Source: a virus (taxonomy: Duplodnaviria > Heunggongvirae > Uroviricota > Caudoviricetes). From it: a DNA stretch of 39,966 nt. The notes under the pieces are model-generated. The model saw only the letters and a list, made by a program, of their open reading frames with translations. It did no database searches and had not been told where the DNA came from. The DNA is taken from the IMG/VR virus record IMGVR_UViG_2534682349_000001; one strand, written 5' to 3'. This document shows positions 25,825 through 34,512 of this stretch, one piece after another; within the stretch, counting starts at the first letter, position 1, and each line of letters starts with the position of its first letter. The translations under genes were made by a program, and so were the position numbers.

Positions 25825-28800
25825 ATGAAATACTTAACAACATATCTTGATGACGAAATTAATTTCAAATTTGGCAACAATGGATCAATTATTGAATTGA
25901 AAGCCGTTGATGACCATGCTGTAATGAGTTTTTCTAATGAAGAAAAACTCTTAATTCGGATTAAAAATGAAGAATCTTATATTAAGACTGTCCCTGTAAC
26001 AGCCAAACGTAAGATTATTCAACTCCCGACCAAGTTATTAAAAGACCTAACGGTAGGTCAGTATGATGTTGAGTTATGGCAAGGCGAAGGTGATGATCAA
26101 GTTATCTACCCTGACGAAGGTTTTCTTAGATTAAAGATACATGGTAACGCGTCACAAATTGATGGTAGTTTGGTTTCTTCTATTACTCTTGCCGATTTTG
26201 AAAAGAAGTTTAATGACCTAGCTCAAAAGATTGAGGATAAATTAGAGAAATTACCAGATATCGATGGGAAGAATATTAGCATCGATGTGAAAGTAGTTGA
26301 TGGCAACCTTTGTATTAACGGCAAAGATACAGGAATTAACCTAACTGCCAAGGATGGTAGAGACGGAAGAGATGGACATACGCCAGAAATCACTGTATCA
26401 GATGCAGGTACACTTGTTGTTGATGGAATTGACACTAATAAATCTTTAATCGGTCCTAGAGGTGAGAATGGACTTCCGGGCAAGGATGGAGTTGCTGGTC
26501 AAGATGGTAAATCTGCCTATCAAGTAGCTGTCGATAATGGGTTTGATGGGACAGAGGTCGAATGGTTACGCTCATTGCATGGAAATGATGGCCTTGATGG
26601 AAAGTCAGGTAGAGACGGACTTCCAGGACAGAGTGGTAAATCTGCCTATGAGATAGCTATCACAAATGGATTTACGGGAACTGAAACTGAATGGTTAGAA
26701 TCTCTTAAAGGACGAGACGGACATGATGGTAAAGATGCAAATGTTGATTTGTCAAAATATCCAACTAAGGACGAGATAGCTAATCAGTATGTTCAAAGAA
26801 CTGATTTACCTAATATTATTTTAGATACAGATCAACGTACACTAATAATTAACAATAAGGAAATTAAGATTCCGAACAGTATTGATCTATCTAATTACGC
26901 TCAAAAGTCAGAAATACCAAACATTGTCTTCGATGTAGAAAATAATATGCTTACCATTAATGGTAATGAAGTTAAGATTCCTAAGGACGTCGATTTATCT
27001 GTATATTACACAAAAGCAGATATTGACGAAAAGATTGCTACAGTCCAATCTGGTGGAAAAATAGATCTAAGCAACTATGTTACACAACAAGAATTGTCAG
27101 AATACGTAAAGAAGACTGATATTCCAGTTGTTCCAGATTTAGCTCCTTATGAAACTAAGGAAAATGCTGAAAGAACTTATGCTACTAAAGAAGAGGTTGC
27201 TAATATTCAACTAATTCCAGGCAAAAACGGTCTTTCAGCCTATGAATTAGCCAAAAAAGATGGATTCCATGGTACAGAGATTGAATGGTTAGCATCCTTA
27301 AAAGGAAAAGATGCTAATCCTACACTAGTTCTTAATACAATACACGATAAAGGTTTTTGGGGAGATACTACGATTCGGAATAGTTTTGACCCTCAAATAA
27401 ATATAGTAACAACAAAACCGTTAAAAGTAGGGAATTTAGCATCTATTACAATTGACAATGTAGTTTTACCTGGAAAAGCTGCGATTGGGGTAGGAACTCT
27501 TGAGGGTAGCACATATACTTTCGCTTATTGTAAAGTGGCAGATCTGTCTGTGGGAGATACAACTATTCAATTAGATTGGCCTATTCAGAACGATAATTAT
27601 TACCTTTTTGTTTCTGGAAAGCCATTCCAAACAAGAGGAAATGGAGATGTCGATGCTGGTAGTCGATTTAAGTATATGCTTGCAGATACAAGAAATTATG
27701 ATACCGGAAATCGAATTAAAGTAGACGGCGAAAGTTTAGGAAGCTTCAAGTATAACTTTGTCTTAAACTATACAGGAAAAACAAGAATTGATTTAGAGCA
27801 AATCTTGAAGAATACGATGCCGTATGCTAATAAGAAAATTACGTTTTTGGGCGACTCCGTTACATCAGGTGGAACAACTAGCAATGGGAAGCAAGCATTT
27901 AGCTATGTTGATTATCTAAAGGATTATTTGGGTGCCGAAATAACCAACAAGGGATTAAGCGGTTCAGTAATTACAGAAGGAAATATCGAAAACCAAACGC
28001 AATCATTTGTGTCGCGGTCAAACCAAATACAGGATCAAGATTTTGTAACTATTTTTGGTGGAATTAATGATTTTTGGTTTAATTCTCCTTTGGGAAGTAT
28101 GAAAGACAGTTCTGACAACGTTGAGACCTTCTATGGAGCATTAAAATTTTTAGTTGAGAATCTAAGTAAGAAAAATCCTAATGCACATTTTCTATTTGTA
28201 ACTCCATTAAAAGAGTGTAAAGAAGGAGCTCCACATACTTATGAGGATAATAACAAATTTGTTCTTTATAAAAACCGTGCCGGCTTCACAGAAGAGGACT
28301 ATGTAAATGCGATTAAAGAGGTTGCAGCATACTACAGTGTTCCAGTATTGGATCTATTCAACTCTAGCAACATGAATCCATACATTGAATCGCAACGACA
28401 ATATTTCGCTGACGATCTTCATCCAAATCAACTGGGGGCACAACGATTAGCATTACTAATTTCTCAAGTAATTAATAATGGAGTTTCTTCTGGATTTCTA
28501 CGGGGAGCAAATGGGAAATCAGCTTATTACCTATGGTTAGACGCTGGTAATAATGGTACAGAACAAGATTTCTTAAACTCACTTAAGGGTTTGCAGGGTG
28601 AGTCGGGGCCTGCTGGAAATAATGGTTCGGATGGAATGTCAGCTTATCAGATTGCATTAAAAAATGGCTTCTCTGGGACAGAAGCAGAGTGGTTAAACTC
28701 TCTTAAGGGTAAAGATGGTACCCCAGGAATTCAAGGTGCCCCAGGTGTATCTGGCAAGGATGGGCAACGAGGCGAGAGCGGGCTTTCTGCTTATGAAATA

Positions 28801-29460
28801 GCAAAGAGCAATGGCTTTATTGGTTCCGAGCAAGATTGGCTAACTTCACTTCATGGTCGAGATGGTATTGATGGGAAGTCGGGCCAGAATGGAGTTAATG
28901 GATTATCTGCTTATGAAGTTGCTCAAAAGAATGGTTTCTCTGGAACAGAACAAGAATGGTTGGCTTCACTTAGAGGAGAACGAGGTAGTGCGGGTATCCA
29001 AGGGGTCCCGGGAGAAAGTGGTAAAAGTGCCTATGAGACTTGGAAGTCGTTAGGCAATTCCGGCTCAGAACAGGATTTTGTAAATTCACTTAAAGGTGAG
29101 TCAGGTAAGAATGGCTCTGATGGCGTCAGAGGCGAGACTGGGCAATCAGCATATCAATTATGGTTATCAAAAGGTAATTCTGGTTCAGAAGATGATTTCT
29201 TGCAATCATTAAGAGGAAGTAAAGGGGATACTGGTTCTAGGGGGAGTGATGGAGTCCCTGGGAAGAGTGGATTGAGTGCTTATGAAATCTGGAAAAATGC
29301 AGGACATCAAGGTACAGAGCAAGATTTCCTTAACTCATTGCGAGGATCTCAAGGGGAAGAGGAAGTCAAGGAGTACCGGGGCCATCTGGGAAAGATGGTC
29401 TTTCAGCTTATGAGGTCGCAAAAAGAAATGGATTCACTGGAACTGAAAAAGAATGGATAG
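25825..29460 (+). CDS. Collagen-like stalk protein with SGNH/GDSL hydrolase domain (5' part of a frameshifted fusion with GH32)
   Basis: N-terminal domain typical of lactobacillus phage collagen-like proteins (YDVELW...IYPDEGFL); Gly-X-Y and SAYE repeats; SGNH blocks GDSVT, NKGLSG, GGINDF and DDLHPN (about 27826-28480). Confidence 0.85.
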   Translation: MKYLTTYLDDEINFKFGNNGSIIELKAVDDHAVMSFSNEEKLLIRIKNEESYIKTVPVTAKRKIIQLPTKLLKDLTVGQYDVELWQGEGDDQVIYPDEGFLRLKIHGNASQIDGSLVSSITLADFEKKFNDLAQKIEDKLEKLPDIDGKNISIDVKVVDGNLCINGKDTGINLTAKDGRDGRDGHTPEITVSDAGTLVVDGIDTNKSLIGPRGENGLPGKDGVAGQDGKSAYQVAVDNGFDGTEVEWLRSLHGNDGLDGKSGRDGLPGQSGKSAYEIAITNGFTGTETEWLESLKGRDGHDGKDANVDLSKYPTKDEIANQYVQRTDLPNIILDTDQRTLIINNKEIKIPNSIDLSNYAQKSEIPNIVFDVENNMLTINGNEVKIPKDVDLSVYYTKADIDEKIATVQSGGKIDLSNYVTQQELSEYVKKTDIPVVPDLAPYETKENAERTYATKEEVANIQLIPGKNGLSAYELAKKDGFHGTEIEWLASLKGKDANPTLVLNTIHDKGFWGDTTIRNSFDPQINIVTTKPLKVGNLASITIDNVVLPGKAAIGVGTLEGSTYTFAYCKVADLSVGDTTIQLDWPIQNDNYYLFVSGKPFQTRGNGDVDAGSRFKYMLADTRNYDTGNRIKVDGESLGSFKYNFVLNYTGKTRIDLEQILKNTMPYANKKITFLGDSVTSGGTTSNGKQAFSYVDYLKDYLGAEITNKGLSGSVITEGNIENQTQSFVSRSNQIQDQDFVTIFGGINDFWFNSPLGSMKDSSDNVETFYGALKFLVENLSKKNPNAHFLFVTPLKECKEGAPHTYEDNNKFVLYKNRAGFTEEDYVNAIKEVAAYYSVPVLDLFNSSNMNPYIESQRQYFADDLHPNQLGAQRLALLISQVINNGVSSGFLRGANGKSAYYLWLDAGNNGTEQDFLNSLKGLQGESGPAGNNGSDGMSAYQIALKNGFSGTEAEWLNSLKGKDGTPGIQGAPGVSGKDGQRGESGLSAYEIAKSNGFIGSEQDWLTSLHGRDGIDGKSGQNGVNGLSAYEVAQKNGFSGTEQEWLASLRGERGSAGIQGVPGESGKSAYETWKSLGNSGSEQDFVNSLKGESGKNGSDGVRGETGQSAYQLWLSKGNSGSEDDFLQSLRGSKGDTGSRGSDGVPGKSGLSAYEIWKNAGHQGTEQDFLNSLRGSQGEEEVKEYRGHLGKMVFQLMRSQKEMDSLELKKNG

Positions 29461-29470
29461 ACTCTTTGCG
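28501..29470 (+). repeat. Eight tandem ~38-41-aa units (Gly-X-Y)n-SAY(E/Q)xxxxxGxxG(T/S)Ex(E/D)(W/F)xxSL
   Basis: Seven units lie in the 25825 frame and the eighth continues in the -1 frame after 29358. Three more units occur earlier in the gene. Confidence 0.85.
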
Positions 29471-30947
29471 AAATCAAAACTTTAATAAAACGACTATAAA
29501 TAAAATATTTGATAAATACTCAAATAAGTTTCATATCAATATGCCAGATAATGGTTTCCTAAATGATGTGCAAGGGGCATTCTATCGTAATGGTATATGG
29601 CATATGTATTTCCTGTATAATGCTGACGCAAAATATAATGTAAATGGCGATCAAATTGGCGGCAATGGAACTGAATGGTACCATGTTACCACGAAAGATT
29701 GGGTGAAATGGAATTATGAAGGTGTCGCAATTCATAAATACAAAACCGCCTGGGGAGATGTTGCTTCTGGAACTATTTATATTGATTTTGATAATCGGTT
29801 TGGCAAAGGTAAAGACGCAGTTATTGTATTTGCTACAGCCTATGGCGGTGACAAGGGTCAGAATGTAATGGGGTATTACTCAACAGATAACGGTTACACA
29901 TTTAGTCCATTGCAGGCAGATCCAATTCTTCGACATGTCGGTGGATCAGATACCAATTTCAGAGATCCATACTTATTTAGAATGGGAGATACATGGGTTA
30001 TATATATGGCTGAGGGAGATAAATTTGGAATTTATACTTCAAACAATCCTCTGTCTGGATATAACTATATTGATGGTTATTTTGCGCCACACGCATTGTT
30101 AGAATGTCCATCGCTGTTTAAGTTAAATGTAAATGGAGATCAAAATAATCAAAAATGGGTATTATTCTATGGGGGTAATGGTGGAGATGATGCTACTACG
30201 GGAACTTATGCTTCTGTAGGGTATTTAACAGATAAATATGTATTCAAAGCTGAGCAGGAAAATATTCGTGTTGATTATGGTCCCGATTACTATGGTGCAA
30301 AAATGTTTTCAAATGAATTTAATAATAATGATTTTGTATATAGTGATGCTTGGTTAGGCAACTGGGGATATGCTACGAAGGTTCCTAATAATGGAAGAAT
30401 TGGGGCTATTTCAACCACAAGGAAAATTACTTTAAGGAATGAGAATAATAAATATACTTTGAATACTGAAATTGTCGGAGTATTTCCTGATTACCTTGAT
30501 AATCCGATTGTGGGTACAAATCTAAAAACTAATACAGGGCTACCTATGTTTAAAGGCGACAGTTTTTATTTGAAATTTAGAATTAAAGATGTTCGAAAAT
30601 TAAATGAAAACATGACGATTAAATTAGTTGGGAATCAATACGATTCTGATATGTTGTTTAACTTTAAGGATAATAATGTTAAAGTTCATCGATATAATAG
30701 CTCTTTTAATAATAATGATATCTATGGTAGAGACAGAATATTTAGCACCAATCTTGATAAAGAAAATGATTTGTGGATTGAATTGCTTGTCGACCGAACT
30801 TGTATAGAAATGCGCTTGTCTAACGGCGATATTTTTACAATGACAAAATTCCCTGCTGGACGGAGTAGAGAAAATATATGTGTTAGCGCAGATAACACAG
30901 TCAATTTCGATTATGAATATTATCAAATAATTCCACAAGAGGTGTAG
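29466..30947 (+). CDS. GH32 fructan hydrolase, levanase (LevB)-like; 3' part of the fusion (frame open from 29334)
   Basis: Catalytic motifs FLNDVQ (nucleophile D), FRDP and LECP. GNGTEW, GVAIxKY, YSTDxG, MAEGxK and KWVL match my recall of B. subtilis LevB. C-terminal beta-sandwich (ELLVDRTCIEM). Confidence 0.9.
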   Translation: MRNQNFNKTTINKIFDKYSNKFHINMPDNGFLNDVQGAFYRNGIWHMYFLYNADAKYNVNGDQIGGNGTEWYHVTTKDWVKWNYEGVAIHKYKTAWGDVASGTIYIDFDNRFGKGKDAVIVFATAYGGDKGQNVMGYYSTDNGYTFSPLQADPILRHVGGSDTNFRDPYLFRMGDTWVIYMAEGDKFGIYTSNNPLSGYNYIDGYFAPHALLECPSLFKLNVNGDQNNQKWVLFYGGNGGDDATTGTYASVGYLTDKYVFKAEQENIRVDYGPDYYGAKMFSNEFNNNDFVYSDAWLGNWGYATKVPNNGRIGAISTTRKITLRNENNKYTLNTEIVGVFPDYLDNPIVGTNLKTNTGLPMFKGDSFYLKFRIKDVRKLNENMTIKLVGNQYDSDMLFNFKDNNVKVHRYNSSFNNNDIYGRDRIFSTNLDKENDLWIELLVDRTCIEMRLSNGDIFTMTKFPAGRSRENICVSADNTVNFDYEYYQIIPQEV

Positions 30948-30951
30948 ATAA

Positions 30952-31222
30952 ATGTCAAAAATAGTATATAAATTGAATACTGAAAATGTATATATTTCTG
31001 CAAGACAGGTTGAGGATACATATCACCCCGACAAATACAACTGGTATTTTGGTCATGAAGGGTAACTATAATGGAATTTCAAGTAATGTAATAACTGTTC
31101 AAGATACAAATTCTAAGGTTGTAATTAACGGTGCTGCTAATAATAATTGGGTTATTTACAGCACAGAGGGATCAGCGTTCCAGGATGGTGGAAACCAGTC
31201 AAATAAGAATATAGGTATTTAA
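30952..31222 (+). other. Small ORF pair (30952-31065 with good RBS; 30986/31055-31222 in the +1 frame), possibly one broken gene
   Basis: RBS GAGGTG then ATG 30952 gives 37 aa; the listed 78-aa ORF overlaps it in another frame. Confidence 0.3.
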
Positions 31223-31229
31223 GAATTTT

Positions 31230-31264
31230 AAACAGTCTTCTTTACAGGAGACTGTTTTTATTTT
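31230..31264 (+). terminator. Rho-independent terminator ending the late region
   Basis: AAACAGTCTTC-TTTACA-GGAGACTGTTT followed by a T-rich tail. Confidence 0.85.
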
Positions 31265-31390
31265 ATTCAGACGGTTTACAGCAAAAATTACCGTCAACTA
31301 TATGGTATAAAAAATATATTCTCAATAAATAAATTTTTTATTTAGAAATTTATTGCCATTTGGTAATAAATTAGGAAAGGATGTTTGAAA

Positions 31391-31567
31391 ATGCTCAAAC
31401 AATCTTTAATTAAAGTTTTCGAGAAAGTAATGGGATATATAGTTGATTACAGTATAGTTATTCTTTATTTGGCGACAATTTATTTGATTTGGAAAGCCTT
31501 TAATATTCATCCGTTTGTCACTCTTCCAGTCATGGCATATGTAAGGAAGCACTTTGTAAAATCTTAG
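31391..31567 (+). CDS. Small membrane protein (about 58 aa) in its own transcription unit
   Basis: RBS AAAGGA; hydrophobic core YSIVILYLATIYLIW...FVTLPVMAYV; possible extended -10 TG-G-TATAAA at 31303-11; terminators on both sides. Confidence 0.5.
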   Translation: MLKQSLIKVFEKVMGYIVDYSIVILYLATIYLIWKAFNIHPFVTLPVMAYVRKHFVKS

Positions 31568-31573
31568 TTTTAT

Positions 31574-31605
31574 AAAACACTCAGAAGAAATTCTGGGTGT
31601 TTTTT
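31574..31605 (+). terminator. Rho-independent terminator
   Basis: AAAACACTCAGAA-GAAA-TTCTGGGTGTTTT plus extra Ts. Confidence 0.85.
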
Positions 31606-31627
31606 CTTGAAAATTAAATAAAAAATT

Positions 31628-31678
31628 GTTACCAACAGATGCAATTCTGTGACTCGCCTCTACCGTTTTTGATATAGT
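31628..31678 (+). promoter_or_regulatory. Promoter with conserved 26-bp dyad element, copy 2
   Basis: GTTACCAACAGATGCAATTCTGTGAC (31628-53). -35-like GTGACT, 18-bp spacer, extended -10 TG-A-TATAGT. Confidence 0.75.
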
Positions 31679-31703
31679 AACGAAAGTGAAAGGGGTTAGA
31701 AGC

Positions 31704-32753
31704 TTGCAAGCAAAGGAATTAAAGGAATACATATTAGCTGATACAGAAAGACTTTACATAATTTTACGTAATGCAGGATTTCATGATTTCCGGGAGCGAG
31801 CTGAAGAAATTAGGTGTGCTTTACCTAATTATACTAATCCTACGGGTGTCATGATTAAACTAAATAATTCATTAAATACATCGCTATTTGAATTGGGGTA
31901 TTCCGGGGATATCTTTGGAGCTCTAGGCGTTGTTCTTGAAAAACAATTTTATGAGGTGATGAGCTATATCCATGGCTTATTAGGACTATCCAGCAAGCAT
32001 GTTGCTAACTCATTTGATCCATTGGCGACCTTAAAGAAGTTGTCGAAAACCACTACTACTCAACATCGTCGAATAACAAATAATAAGTTATATGATAAAG
32101 GGGTTTTAAATAAATTTGTCAATGGGATTCATGCATCGGTAATTGAAGAAGGAATTTCCCCGGAGATTGCTCGACGTTTTGATGTTATGTACGACCCACA
32201 CTTAGATCGAGTTATTTTCCCGCATTATGACTGGAATGAATTTGACAAAGTTGTTGGTGTTCAAGGACGCTCAACGATGTCTAAGGCCGAGCTTGAATTA
32301 ACGGGTACACCAAAGTATCTGAATTACATTAAGGATTATTTCAAATTATTAAATCTGTATGGATATAATCAAGCTCATCAAAATATCAATGATCACAAAC
32401 GGATAATCTTATTTGAGGCTGAAAAATCAGTGTTAAAAGAATTTACTTTGAGTCGAGGAGATGGGGTATCAGTAGCCTTAGGTGGACACTCAATTAGTGA
32501 ACAGCAAGTTGATTTTATTCTACGCAAGTTACCTGTCGACGGGGAAGTGATTATTGCATTTGATCATGACGTAATGACTAAGGAGCAAGAGGGAGAAGAA
32601 TATATCTTAAATCAAGCTAAGAAGTTCTCTCCATTCCGTAAAACAAGTTATATATTTGATAGTTACAATATTTTGGGCGAAAAAGATTCGCCAATAGATA
32701 AGGGTAAAGTGATTTGGGATCACTTATTGAAATGGAGGAAAATCATCAGTTGA
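31704..32753 (+). CDS. dnaG: Phage DNA primase (TOPRIM)
   Basis: RBS AGGGG before TTG 31704 (GTG 31686 is an alternative); VIFPHY...VGVQGR, IILFEAEKSV, IIAFDHD and KDSPID motifs. Confidence 0.85.
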   Translation: MQAKELKEYILADTERLYIILRNAGFHDFRERAEEIRCALPNYTNPTGVMIKLNNSLNTSLFELGYSGDIFGALGVVLEKQFYEVMSYIHGLLGLSSKHVANSFDPLATLKKLSKTTTTQHRRITNNKLYDKGVLNKFVNGIHASVIEEGISPEIARRFDVMYDPHLDRVIFPHYDWNEFDKVVGVQGRSTMSKAELELTGTPKYLNYIKDYFKLLNLYGYNQAHQNINDHKRIILFEAEKSVLKEFTLSRGDGVSVALGGHSISEQQVDFILRKLPVDGEVIIAFDHDVMTKEQEGEEYILNQAKKFSPFRKTSYIFDSYNILGEKDSPIDKGKVIWDHLLKWRKIIS

Positions 32754-33940
32754 GATTAAATAAAGAACAAAGAAGGGCTTTAGAAAAGAAATACGGGGTA
32801 GATAGAATTTGGAGCTTCTCACGTCTTCAAACATTTCACAATTGTATTCAGGAATATGTGCATCTATATCTTCGTCATGATGTGCCACGAACAGATAATG
32901 TTTACACAATTTTTGGTAGTGAAGTTCATGACATTACTGAAGGGCTAACTAAAAAAGAATTTGATTTAACTTCAGCTAAATCTTTATGGGACAATTTCGT
33001 AAAACGTTGGGAAAATGACCCCGATGGATTAAGATTTGATACTGAGAAGATTAAACAAGGTTATATTGGAAATCTCGGTCATTACTTTACTCATACAAAT
33101 ATTCCGGAAGGAAATAAATTCCACACAGAATTACCTGTTATGACTAAGGTTGGTGGGACAAAAGAGAAGCCTCATTATGTGTTTGTTGGATATATCGATA
33201 CTGAATACATCGACAAAGAAGGTAATGTGGTTTTGGTGGATTATAAATCCTCAAGTAAATCTAGTTTTTCTAAGGCAAAACTACCGGAAAAGTCTATGCA
33301 ATTAATGCTATATTCCATTGGTATTCATCAACAGGAAAACATTCCTTATGAAAAAATCAAAGCACGCTTTGACATGATGAAATATGTAACTGTCCATTAC
33401 AAGCAAGAAAATGGTAGATGGAATACCAGTGTGCAAGAACGTTCGATTTGGATTCTAAAAATGCAAAAGAAATTGGAAACCAAGTTAAAGAAATTAGGTA
33501 TAGACAAAGAAGAAGCAAGAAAATTGATTCAAATTGCTTCACTTGCGAATAATATGAATAACCTTCCCAAAGAGGTTCAAGATCAATTTTATATAACTAA
33601 TTATTATATTGAACTAGATATTAATGAAGACGACTGCAATGCTTTGTTGAGAAAGATTGAAAAACAATGTGATGAAATCATTGAGTTAGAACAATTATCA
33701 CCAGATGCGCAAGATAGTTTTGCCGATGTAAATCATCATTATAATCCAGATGATTATTATGATAAAAAATTATGCGCATACCACACTTCTGCCAAGTTTT
33801 TGGAACAAGAGAAGACATTAATTGGCGAAACACAGCCGAAATTTAAGATTGAAGATAAGGGTAATAATATTCTGGATTTGTTTAAATCTGACAATAAGGA
33901 ACGAAATGACGAAACTCTTATGAAAGAGTTATTTGCTTAG
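32750..33940 (+). CDS. PD-(D/E)XK nuclease (RecB/Cas4-like exonuclease)
   Basis: RBS GGAGG and TTG overlapping the primase TGA; WSFSRL, GSEVH, GYID...VDYKS and QLMLY motifs. Confidence 0.85.
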   Translation: MRLNKEQRRALEKKYGVDRIWSFSRLQTFHNCIQEYVHLYLRHDVPRTDNVYTIFGSEVHDITEGLTKKEFDLTSAKSLWDNFVKRWENDPDGLRFDTEKIKQGYIGNLGHYFTHTNIPEGNKFHTELPVMTKVGGTKEKPHYVFVGYIDTEYIDKEGNVVLVDYKSSSKSSFSKAKLPEKSMQLMLYSIGIHQQENIPYEKIKARFDMMKYVTVHYKQENGRWNTSVQERSIWILKMQKKLETKLKKLGIDKEEARKLIQIASLANNMNNLPKEVQDQFYITNYYIELDINEDDCNALLRKIEKQCDEIIELEQLSPDAQDSFADVNHHYNPDDYYDKKLCAYHTSAKFLEQEKTLIGETQPKFKIEDKGNNILDLFKSDNKERNDETLMKELFA

Positions 33941-33955
33941 ATTAGAGGTGCTAGT

Positions 33956-34501
33956 TTGAAGAAAATCCATTTAATTAATGTTGATACAAGTAACGGTGCA
34001 AACGAAGAGGCAGGAACATGCGAACTATGTTTCTATACTATGTGGTGTGATAATCCTACATTTATTTTTGAAATGAATGGTGAACGTATTGCTATTGATG
34101 GATACTGGTGGGATTGGGGCGACTATTCTGAAATATTTATTACCAACACCGTAGATTTTGGATTATGGTTAGACACACAGGAGTTTGCTGATGATACTAA
34201 TTTTAATACCGATTGGTTACTAGATATTGTCAATAAATATAACAGAACTGTAGCTCAAACAGGGTATAAAGATGTAAACGGCAACCCAATATATATGGAC
34301 TCAAAACTAGTTGTTGAATTCAATCATAAACAAATTGAAGCCTATATTGAGTACGATGGATACAATCCAGAGATATCTTTTGTTAATCCATTTACTAGTA
34401 AATATGAATATTTAGAAAGTGATGATTATGGAAATCTAAAACCTTATAAGGTTATTAGATTAGAAGAGCACACTGAGAAGGAAAATAAGACAACAGTATA
34501 A
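33956..34501 (+). CDS. Hypothetical protein with YopX-like C-terminal motif
   Basis: RBS GAGGTG; QTGYKDVNGNPIY resembles the YopX motif QxTGLKDKNGKEIY. Confidence 0.5.
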   Translation: MKKIHLINVDTSNGANEEAGTCELCFYTMWCDNPTFIFEMNGERIAIDGYWWDWGDYSEIFITNTVDFGLWLDTQEFADDTNFNTDWLLDIVNKYNRTVAQTGYKDVNGNPIYMDSKLVVEFNHKQIEAYIEYDGYNPEISFVNPFTSKYEYLESDDYGNLKPYKVIRLEEHTEKENKTTV

Positions 34502-34512
34502 GGAGAAATTGT

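Noticed and set aside
28501-29470. Regularly spaced DNA repeats (TCTGCTTATGA-like every ~115-125 bp) resembling a CRISPR array
   Set aside because: They are degenerate at third codon positions and encode the SAYE collagen units. There are no identical repeats, no leader and no cas operon; the PD-(D/E)XK gene sits in the replication module.
31270-31295. GACGGT...ACCGTC inverted repeat
   Set aside because: Only a 6-bp stem with a 14-nt loop; too weak to call.
31628-31704. No helicase gene before the primase
   Set aside because: It may simply lie outside the window, so its absence cannot be judged from this slice.
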